A program made the position numbers and the translations under genes. From an uncultured Thermoleophilia bacterium (GTDB lineage Bacteria > Actinomycetota > Thermoleophilia > Gaiellales > Gaiellaceae): 64,000 nt of DNA. The stretch is taken from the NCBI GenBank assembly GCA_963703435.1, contig CAVPEJ010000002.1:1179328-1243327 (forward strand). The letters run 5' to 3'. Each line of letters opens with the position of its first letter. The stretch's first letter is position 1. Positions 53,389-60,616 of this stretch are shown here, piece after piece. The notes under the pieces are model-generated. The model made no database searches. It was not told the DNA's origin and worked only from the letters and a program-made list of their open reading frames with translations.

Positions 53389-54834
53389 TTACGCCGACAC
53401 GCGCGCCAGGTCGTCGAGCAGCGCGGCGATCCAGCGGGAGAGATCGTTGGCCCTGACCTGGCCGGTGAGGCCCCGCGCCCGCCCGGACCGCTCGGCCGCG
53501 CCGAGTGAGAGCGCCCGGTGCAGCGCCTCCGCCTGACCCAGGACGTCGAACGGATTGACGGTGATCGCCCACTCCCCGAGCTCTTCGTGTGCGCCGGCGT
53601 TCTCGGACAGGACGAGCACGCCGTCGCGCGTGTTCACGAGCGGCGCCTCCTTCGCGACGAGGTTGAGGCCGTCGAAGACCGCGTTGACGAGCAGGACGTC
53701 GTACTGCTTGTACGCCGCCACCGCTCTCGGAAAGTCATCGGCGACCTCCACCACGATCGGCAGATAGCCGTCGTGCCCGTGGCGCCCGTTGACGGCGGCT
53801 GCCTCGCGCTCGAGCGCACGGACGTAGTCGGCGTACTCGGGGATGTCCTGCCGCGACGGGTCGAGGAGCGCGAGCATCGTCACGCGACCGCGCCAGCCGG
53901 GATGACGGTCGAGCAGCAGGCCGAACGCGACGAAGCCGCGGACGATGTTCTTCGAAGGATCCGTACGGTCGACGCGAACGACGAGCCGCTCGCTCCGCGT
54001 GCGCACGATCTCCGCCTCCGCTGCGAGCACGGCGGGTGTCACGGCAAGCGCGTCGAACTCCCGACAGTCGACCGACACCGGATGGCTGACGACAGCCGTG
54101 GTGCGTTCGCCGTGGACGATCCGGCCTTCGTCGTCGCGATCGAAGCCCGTCACATCGGCAGCCGTCGTCAGGAAGTTTCGCGCCCAGCGACGCGTATGGA
54201 AGCCGACGACGTCGTTCGCGAGAAGGCCTTCGTGGATCGCTCGCCGCGGACCGCTCGGCAGGACGGTCCACATGTCCGGTGAGGGCCACGGGATGTGCAC
54301 GAAGTGCGCGAGCACTGCATCCGGTCTCGCCCTGCGCACGACCGCAGGCGCGAGATAGAGGTGGTAATCGTGGAAGAAGACGGCGGCGCGCGGCGCGTTG
54401 TCCAACTCGGCAACGACTGCATCCGAGAACGCGTTGTTCACCTGTTCGTAGCCTTCCCAGGCAACGGCGAAGCCGGGGCCGAGCGTCGGGTCACGCGCGA
54501 GCCCGTAGAGCGAATGCTGCACGAACCAGAGGAGGGGGTTCGCGATCACGTTGTAGAAGGCGTCGTAGTCGTCCGGGTCGTGGACGAGCAGCCTCAGACG
54601 GCACGGCGGGCCGTCGGCGGAGGCGGGGACCACACCGTCCGCCGATTCGGTCGCGACCGCCCGGTCCTCGGCGCCGATCGCGCTCGCGACCCAGGTCACG
54701 TCGTGCTGTTGCAGGAACCCGCGGAGCGCGGTGGCGAGACCGCCGGCGCTGCGCCCGGCGACGCGCGCCCCGCTGTCGTCCCGCGAGTAGGAGACCGGCC
54801 CACGGTTCGAGACGACGATCAGCGGGCGGCGCAT
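53389..54834 (-). CDS. otsA: alpha,alpha-trehalose-phosphate synthase (GT20)
   Basis: Begins LIVVSNRGP and contains FFHDYHLYLAP, RVDRTDPSKN and DGLNLVAKE. Confidence 0.88.
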   Translation of the reverse strand: MRRPLIVVSNRGPVSYSRDDSGARVAGRSAGGLATALRGFLQQHDVTWVASAIGAEDRAVATESADGVVPASADGPPCRLRLLVHDPDDYDAFYNVIANPLLWFVQHSLYGLARDPTLGPGFAVAWEGYEQVNNAFSDAVVAELDNAPRAAVFFHDYHLYLAPAVVRRARPDAVLAHFVHIPWPSPDMWTVLPSGPRRAIHEGLLANDVVGFHTRRWARNFLTTAADVTGFDRDDEGRIVHGERTTAVVSHPVSVDCREFDALAVTPAVLAAEAEIVRTRSERLVVRVDRTDPSKNIVRGFVAFGLLLDRHPGWRGRVTMLALLDPSRQDIPEYADYVRALEREAAAVNGRHGHDGYLPIVVEVADDFPRAVAAYKQYDVLLVNAVFDGLNLVAKEAPLVNTRDGVLVLSENAGAHEELGEWAITVNPFDVLGQAEALHRALSLGAAERSGRARGLTGQVRANDLSRWIAALLDDLARVSA

Positions 54835-56106
54835 CTAGACGAGCGTGATCTCGCTGCCGTCGGTGTCGTTGCCGACGAGCAGGTTGAACAGGACGAGCCA
54901 GTCGCGTAGCAGGCGAGGCGCGAGGAAGTTCCGCCGCACGTGCTCCTTGCCCCGCAGCGCCCGTGCGAGCGCGTCAGGTGCGTCTTCGAGGATCGCGAGG
55001 CAGGCATCGCCGCATTCCTCGACGGAGTCGACGAGCCAGCCGGTCTGACCGTCGTCGATCTGCACCACGATCCCGCCCACTCGGCCGCCCACGGTCGGGC
55101 GGGCCTTCCAGAGCGCCTCGGTCACCGTCAAGCCGAACCCCTCGCGGATCGACTTCTGGATGACCGCGGCGGAGCAGACCTGGAACGCATTGATCTCGAC
55201 CGCGCCGACATTGTTCAGGTTGCTGAGGATGAAGATGTCCGGGTCGCCGTCGGCATGCGCGACCGTGCGCTGGTAGTACTCCCAGCCCTCCGGGTCGTCG
55301 TGCGCCATCGACCCGACCAGCGCGAGCTGCACCTCGGGCCGCCGCTTCTTGACGAGCCGGTACGCGTCGATGACGCCGACCGGGTCCTTCCAGGGATCGA
55401 AACGCGACACCTGGGTGATCAGCGGCCGCTCGACGTCGACACCGAACTGGTCGACGATGTAGGTGGCGTCCTCGCGCGACAACGCCATGTTCTTCGGCTG
55501 CAGCGGATCGATCGCCGGTGGCCAGATCGCGACGCGACGCAGGCCGCCTCCGGCCGGCACGTACTGACGCAGGTGGAAGACCGCTGCGTCGTACCGGCAG
55601 AGCGACGGCAACAGGACGTCGAAGACGGCGGGATTCGGCACCGAGAAGTCGATGTGGCCGCGCCAGATCCACTGGGCGCGCCGATCGGGAAAGGACTCGA
55701 TCGTCGCGGCCGGCTGCGGGTCGTGAACGATCACGTAGTCGTACTCCTCCGCAGCGAGCTCCTCTGCGCTGGACGCGTTGTAGCGACGGTAGACCGCAAT
55801 GTCCTCGGCCGTCAGCACGGCAGGGTCGCCCTGCAGCGCGTTGTGGATCGTCTTCGTCACCCGGAAGAACTCCTCGGCGCCGTGCATCACCCGCCACTCG
55901 ACGTCCAGGCCGGCGTCGGACATGAGCGGCACGAGCGTGTAGAGCAACTCGGCGACGCCGCCGCCGAAGGCCGTCGCAGACAGGTGGACGACGCGCTTGC
56001 CGGCGAGCGGCTCCGCGAGCCGGCGGACCTCGTCCATCACACTGCGCGAGGCCAGCGACGCGTAGTCGGCCAGCGACTTGCGCCCAGCGTTGACGAGGTG
56101 CAGCAC
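54835..56106 (-). CDS. treT: trehalose glycosyltransferring synthase TreT (GT4)
   Basis: I recall near-collinear motif identity to archaeal TreT: HLSATAFGGGVAELL, IHNALQG, VHDPQPAA, ITQVSRFDPWK, MAHDDPEGW, QKSIREGFGLTVTEALWK. Confidence 0.88.
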   Translation of the reverse strand: MLHLVNAGRKSLADYASLASRSVMDEVRRLAEPLAGKRVVHLSATAFGGGVAELLYTLVPLMSDAGLDVEWRVMHGAEEFFRVTKTIHNALQGDPAVLTAEDIAVYRRYNASSAEELAAEEYDYVIVHDPQPAATIESFPDRRAQWIWRGHIDFSVPNPAVFDVLLPSLCRYDAAVFHLRQYVPAGGGLRRVAIWPPAIDPLQPKNMALSREDATYIVDQFGVDVERPLITQVSRFDPWKDPVGVIDAYRLVKKRRPEVQLALVGSMAHDDPEGWEYYQRTVAHADGDPDIFILSNLNNVGAVEINAFQVCSAAVIQKSIREGFGLTVTEALWKARPTVGGRVGGIVVQIDDGQTGWLVDSVEECGDACLAILEDAPDALARALRGKEHVRRNFLAPRLLRDWLVLFNLLVGNDTDGSEITLV

Positions 56107-56564
56107 TAGTGCGAGGCGGCGGGGGCGGTCAAGCGCTTGACGAAGCGCAGCGTCGACCCGCCCTGCTCGCGCGCCGACACGTCGAGCTCGTCGGCGAGCG
56201 CCCGAATGATCGCGATGCCGAGGCCTCCCTCGACCAGCTCCTCGTCGCCGATCGGCGTTTCCGCCGGATCGAGCTCGAAGCCTTCTCCGTCGTCGGCGAC
56301 CTCGATCACAAGCCGGTCCGGGTAGAGCTCGTACCGGATCTCGACGACGCCGTCGCCGCCGTCGTAGGCGTGCCGGACCGCATTCGTGCAGGCCTCGGTG
56401 AGCGCCAGCTTCAGATCGGCGACGAGCTCGTCCGACATCGGCGCGCCGTGCAGTCTCGCGAGGCCGCTCAGCGCGAGGCGGCCGAGCCCGATGAACTCGG
56501 CCTTCGCAGGGATCGTCAGACGAACCGTCTGGACCCGGTCGTCGCCGCCGTCGAGTGCGCCCAT
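56106..56564 (-). CDS. RsbW/SpoIIAB-like anti-sigma factor serine kinase (HATPase_c)
   Basis: Contains LALTEACTNAVRHAY and ADDGEGF. I chose ATG 56564 (GAAGG lies about 10 nt upstream). TTG 56600 is an alternative. Confidence 0.75.
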   Translation of the reverse strand: MGALDGGDDRVQTVRLTIPAKAEFIGLGRLALSGLARLHGAPMSDELVADLKLALTEACTNAVRHAYDGGDGVVEIRYELYPDRLVIEVADDGEGFELDPAETPIGDEELVEGGLGIAIIRALADELDVSAREQGGSTLRFVKRLTAPAASH

Positions 56565-56664
56565 TCCTGCGCCACCTTCCCTGTCGCGCGGGTGCAGCAA
56601 ACCTCGGAGATTCTGCCGGTATCTCCAGACGGCGTTCTGCGCCTGCCGGGCAGGTCCTGCTTCG

Positions 56665-57873
56665 CTACCCCGACGGAGCGGGTCGCGCGTCGAGCCGGAC
56701 CGGGACGACGAGGCGCTTCGCGCCCCGGACGACGGTGAACTTCGCGGTCTGGCCCGGGACCAAGCGCTCCGCGACGATCCGCACCACGTCCTCTGCGCTC
56801 TGCACCGGCGTACCGTCGATCGCGACGATCGCGTCCCCTCCGACCCGGACGCTCTCCCCTTCGTACACCTCGACCCGGTTCGCCGCCCTCAGGCCTGCGC
56901 GCTTGCCTGCGGGATTGCCGTCGGCGAAGGTGTCGATCAGGGCTCCCCGCTTCGCGGCGTAACCGAATTTCTTCGCGATCGAGGGGGTCAAGTCCTCCGT
57001 CGTGATCCCCACGTACGCGTAGCTGACGGCTCCCGTCTGCAGCAGCTGCTGCATCGACCGCTGGGCAGAGTCGATGGGAACGGCGAATCCGACCCCCTCG
57101 AAGCCGCTCGACGTCCCGTTCGAGCGGATCTGGGCGTTGATGCCGATCACCCGGCCGCGGGCATCGAACAGCGGGCCGCCCGAGTTGCCGTGGTTGATCG
57201 GCGCATCGGTCTGGATCGCGTCGACGAGGTCGTAGTTGGTCGTCAGGGAGGGAATCGAGCGGCGGATCGCCGAGACCACGCCGACCGAGAGGGAGTCGAC
57301 GTTCCCGAACGGGCTGCCGATCGCCGCGACCGGCTGACCGACAACGACACGGTTCGAGTCTCCGAGCGGCACCGGCGACACGGCGTGATCGCTCGGCGAG
57401 ACCCGCAGGACGCCGACGTCGTCGAACAGGTCGTAGCCGACGATCCGCGCCGGCACGCGATCGCCGTCCGCGAACTCGACGTAGACGGTGTGCGCCGGCG
57501 AGACCGACCCGGACTGGCCTGCCGTCGTGATCACGTGCGCGCTCGTCAGGATCGTGCCGTTCTTGGCGACGACGAAGCCGGAGCCCTGCCCGGCGCTCGC
57601 CCCTGGGGAGCCCGCCGCGCCGAAGACGCTGAAGATCGTCACCACCCCGGCCGAGCGGGCCCGGTAGATCTGGGCCGGCTGGAAGCCGTTGCCGGCGAGC
57701 GGCTTCGCCACGACCACCGGCGAGGCATCGCCGAGGGTGGCCGTCTCGTGGACGACGATCGTCCGGTCGGTACCGCGGTGCAGCCAGCCGGCCGACTTGA
57801 CGACCGCGAGCGCGAGCACTCCGCCGACCACGGCGGCGACCAGCGAGACGGCGGCAAGCGGGCCCGGGCGCAC
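56665..57873 (-). CDS. htrA: HtrA/DegP-family serine protease with PDZ domain
   Basis: N-terminal TM segment, catalytic His in TSAHV, Asp in DDVGVL and Ser in NHGNSGGPL, plus a C-terminal PDZ domain. Confidence 0.9.
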   Translation of the reverse strand: MRPGPLAAVSLVAAVVGGVLALAVVKSAGWLHRGTDRTIVVHETATLGDASPVVVAKPLAGNGFQPAQIYRARSAGVVTIFSVFGAAGSPGASAGQGSGFVVAKNGTILTSAHVITTAGQSGSVSPAHTVYVEFADGDRVPARIVGYDLFDDVGVLRVSPSDHAVSPVPLGDSNRVVVGQPVAAIGSPFGNVDSLSVGVVSAIRRSIPSLTTNYDLVDAIQTDAPINHGNSGGPLFDARGRVIGINAQIRSNGTSSGFEGVGFAVPIDSAQRSMQQLLQTGAVSYAYVGITTEDLTPSIAKKFGYAAKRGALIDTFADGNPAGKRAGLRAANRVEVYEGESVRVGGDAIVAIDGTPVQSAEDVVRIVAERLVPGQTAKFTVVRGAKRLVVPVRLDARPAPSG

Positions 57874-57897
57874 CGGCGGCCACTGTAGCCAGTGTCC

Positions 57898-58255
57898 CTA
57901 AGGGACCGTTTTCCCGGGAAATCGGACTTTTCCCGGGAAATCGGACCCCGTGCTCATATGCCTGCCGACAACGGCGGGTGCCGAGCCAGCGAGCGAACTG
58001 GTCGAGGACGTCATGCCCGGCGTCGTCGAGAGCGACCCAGCGCCAGTAATCCTTGCGGCGAAGACCGTGCGAACAAGGGTTGTAGGGGCCGTAGACACGG
58101 CCCCGCGCGACGATCGCGTCGAATTCGCGAACGACCTCCTCGTCGGTCATCGTCACGGCGAGCTGCAAGCTGCCCGGCCGAGGTTGCAGGTGAGAGATGC
58201 ATCCTTCGCCCTCGAAGAGGCCCGCCGCCCAGGCAATTTCCTCGTTCGTGGCCAC
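57898..58255 (-). CDS. free-standing single-domain LAGLIDADG-like protein; 3' end disrupted (no in-frame stop before htrA)
   Basis: GTG 58255, beginning MATNEEIAWAAGLFEGEGCISHL. The motif A-G-L-F-E-G-E-G fits LAGLIDADG, and the following beta-beta-alpha pattern also fits. The in-frame ORF runs 579 codons across htrA. Removing one 19-bp repeat unit puts TAG 57898-57900 in frame. Confidence 0.5.
57909..57946. repeat. perfect 19-bp tandem duplication, each unit containing the 12-bp palindrome TTTCCCGGGAAA
   Basis: TTTTCCCGGGAAATCGGAC occurs at 57909-57927 and again at 57928-57946. The palindromes are at 57910-57921 and 57929-57940. The repeat lies 36-73 nt upstream of the htrA GTG (57873). Confidence 0.9.
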
Positions 58256-58299
58256 ACACCGAGTGTGCCGACGAACATGCGTTCCGTCTATTCGCTCTT

Positions 58300-59709
58300 T
58301 CAGACAGGTTCGAGCGTGCGGTCCGGCGCCTCCGCGCTCAACACCAGGGTGAACAGCGTCCAGCCGTTCTGCGAGTCGAGCTCGATCCGGCCGCCCATCA
58401 GCTCGGCCAGCTCCCGCGCGATCGCCAGGCCGAGGCCGCTACCGGACGCACGCGCGCCGTCGAGGCGGTAGAAGCGCTCGAACACCTGCTGCCAGGCGTC
58501 GCGGGGGATCCCCGGGCCGTTGTCGGCCACCGTGAGCATCGCCCGCCCGCCGTCCCGCGCCGTCGAGATGCGCACCGTGCTCCCCGGCGGCGTGTGCAGC
58601 AACGCGTTCTCGGCGAGGATGCGGGCGATCTGGAGCACGCGGGCGAAGTCCCCGCGGGCAAGCACCGCGTCATCTGCGACAGCTTCGAGCGTCTGGCCGA
58701 GCAACGCGGCGCGCGGCGCCAGCTCGCGGGACACGCCGGCCGCCAACTCGGAGAGGTCGACGGGCTCTTGGTCGACGGCCAGTCGCCCGGCGTCGAGTCG
58801 CGAGAGGTCGAGCAGGTCGGTGGCGAGCCGGCCGAGCCGCTCGACCTGCTCGCGCATCTCGCCGATGAACTCGGCGCGCGTGCCCGCGTCCAGATCGGGG
58901 TCGTCCAGCAGCTCGAGGAAGCCTCCGAGCGAGAAGAGCGGCGTCCGCAGCTCGTGCGAGGCGTTGGCGATGAACTCGCCGCGTGCGCGGTCGAGGTGCG
59001 CGAGTCGCAGCCGCATCCGCTCGAACGCCCGCGCGAGCTGCCCGAGCTCGTCGGAGGCCGCATCCACCACCGGCCCCGCGAAGTTGCCCGCGGCGATCTG
59101 CTCGGCGGCGCCCTCGAGCCGCCGGATCCGCCGCGCGAACTGCTGCGCGCCTGCGTAGCCCAGCAGGAGCGCAAAGCCGAGGGCGATCCCGCCGGCGATG
59201 AACACGCGACGGCGGACGACGGACACGGTGCGAAGCTGATCGTGGAGCGACGCCGACAGCAGCACGACCGACCCGCTGATCGGGTAACCGACCTCGGCGT
59301 AGCGCTGCCCGCCGCGGGCAACCGTCCCGCGCGCGAGCGTCTGCCGCTCGATCGCCTGGAACGCGACCGGGTCGTTCTGGACGTCGCTCGAGTCCCCCTC
59401 CGACTCGGAGTCGGCAACCGGCTGGAGCAGTGCCGGCACGGCGTTCTGCAGGTCGTAGACGATGATCCGGGCGTTGACGGCCGACGCCCACTCGTCCGCG
59501 AAGGCCTGCTTGCTGTACTCGACCTGGTCGGCCGGGTAGTTGGGGATCGCGACCGTCCGCATCGCGGACTCGAGCCCCCGCAGCTCGCTGTTCTCGAGCG
59601 AGCGCTGGTACGACGGGACGACGATCAGGTAGACGATCGCGAGCACACCGGCAACGACCGCCAGCAGCGCCAGCGCCAGCCTGCCGCCGACGCCACGGAA
59701 GCTGCTCAT
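58300..59709 (-). CDS. two-component sensor histidine kinase (TM-sensor-TM-HAMP-HisKA-HATPase)
   Basis: Trimmed to ATG 59709 (MSSFRGVGGRLALALLAVV). H-box NASHELRTPL, N-box NALLHT, and G-boxes DNGPGI and GSGLGLAI. Confidence 0.9.
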   Translation of the reverse strand: MSSFRGVGGRLALALLAVVAGVLAIVYLIVVPSYQRSLENSELRGLESAMRTVAIPNYPADQVEYSKQAFADEWASAVNARIIVYDLQNAVPALLQPVADSESEGDSSDVQNDPVAFQAIERQTLARGTVARGGQRYAEVGYPISGSVVLLSASLHDQLRTVSVVRRRVFIAGGIALGFALLLGYAGAQQFARRIRRLEGAAEQIAAGNFAGPVVDAASDELGQLARAFERMRLRLAHLDRARGEFIANASHELRTPLFSLGGFLELLDDPDLDAGTRAEFIGEMREQVERLGRLATDLLDLSRLDAGRLAVDQEPVDLSELAAGVSRELAPRAALLGQTLEAVADDAVLARGDFARVLQIARILAENALLHTPPGSTVRISTARDGGRAMLTVADNGPGIPRDAWQQVFERFYRLDGARASGSGLGLAIARELAELMGGRIELDSQNGWTLFTLVLSAEAPDRTLEPV

Positions 59710-59842
59710 TCCCGCTCCGGCGCCGGCCAAGCCGGCACCTTCGCTCCTTCTCCGCTGCAGCGCCGGCCAAGCCGGCGCTTCCGCTCGCTGCCGGCTCCGT
59801 CGAGCCTACGCCGGCGTGAGCCTCCGTCGAGCCTACGGCTCA
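59710..59842 (-). repeat. tandem dimer of the REP-like bipartite palindromic element, filling the RR-HK gap
   Basis: X modules are at 59817-59842 (TGAGCC...GGCTCA) and 59790-59815 (GCCGGC...GCCGGC), both around GTAGGCTCGACGGA. Y modules are at 59759-59779 and 59719-59739. Confidence 0.85.
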
Positions 59843-60544
59843 TCGATCTCTGAAGCGGTACCCGACGCCGCGCACGGTGAGGATGTACTCCGGTGTGCGC
59901 GGCTCGGCCTCGAGCTTCTCCCGCAGGTGGCGGACGTGGACGTCGATCGTCCGTGGGTCGCGGTAGTCGGCGCTCTTCCAGAGCGCCTCGAGCAGCATCC
60001 TGCGGCTGAACACGCGGCCGGGCTGGGCGGCGAGGGCGCGGAGGAGCTCGAACTCGACGTAGGTCAGCTGGACGGGCTCACCGCGCACCTCGACGGCGCG
60101 GCGCGGCACGTCGATCACGAGACCCTCGTGCTCGATCCGCTCGTCGTCACCGTCGTCCGGGGCGTGAGGGGCACGGGCGCGGCGCAGCAGCGCCCGCACG
60201 CGCGACCGGAACTCGCGGATCGAGAACGGCTTGGTGATGTAGTCGTCGGCTCCGAGCTCGAGCCCGATCACCTTGTCCAGCTCGTCGTCCCGCGCGGTCA
60301 GCATGATGATCGGCACCGTGCTCTTCGCACGCAGCCGCTTGCAGACCTCGAGCCCGTCGAGCCGCGGCAGCATGATGTCGAGGACGACCAGGTCGACCGG
60401 CTGGGCGTCGAACTTGTGCAGCGCCTCCTCGCCGTCGGCCGCCTGCACCACGTCGTAACCGTCGCGCTCCAGCGGGAAGGCGAGCACCTTGCGCACCGAG
60501 TCCTCGTCGTCGACGAGGAGGATCGTGGGTGAGGAGTCGGGCAT
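59840..60544 (-). CDS. OmpR/PhoB-family response regulator
   Basis: Trimmed to ATG 60544 (MPDSSPTILLVDDEDS). Contains DLVVLDIMLP, ITKPFS and a winged-helix C-terminus ending TVRGVGYRF. Confidence 0.92.
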   Translation of the reverse strand: MPDSSPTILLVDDEDSVRKVLAFPLERDGYDVVQAADGEEALHKFDAQPVDLVVLDIMLPRLDGLEVCKRLRAKSTVPIIMLTARDDELDKVIGLELGADDYITKPFSIREFRSRVRALLRRARAPHAPDDGDDERIEHEGLVIDVPRRAVEVRGEPVQLTYVEFELLRALAAQPGRVFSRRMLLEALWKSADYRDPRTIDVHVRHLREKLEAEPRTPEYILTVRGVGYRFRDR

Positions 60545-60616
60545 CGGCGACGGTGCCTGCCGGGCGCGCGAGCGAATCTGCTGCGAAACGATCGCCCTCT
60601 TACTATAGCCCTGCCT

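Noticed and set aside
56516-58255. A single 579-aa protein spanning the LAGLIDADG-like region and all of htrA.
   Set aside because: After about residue 105 the frame overlaps htrA in another phase and becomes Arg/Gly/Pro-rich. The read-through is explained by the 19-bp duplication shifting the frame past TAG 57898-57900.
59710-59842. Possibility that the repeated palindromes are a CRISPR array.
   Set aside because: At most two adjacent units are present, there are no unique spacers of regular length, copies are dispersed in intercistronic gaps on both strands, and no cas genes are present.
60601-60609. TACTATAG just upstream of the M28 peptidase ATG as a -10 element for a leaderless mRNA. 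GATAAT at 63620-63625, upstream of the glycosyltransferase fragment, is a similar case.
   Set aside because: Both are plausible, but each is a lone hexamer without a recognisable -35 element or experimental support. They are mentioned in the evidence fields but not called as features.
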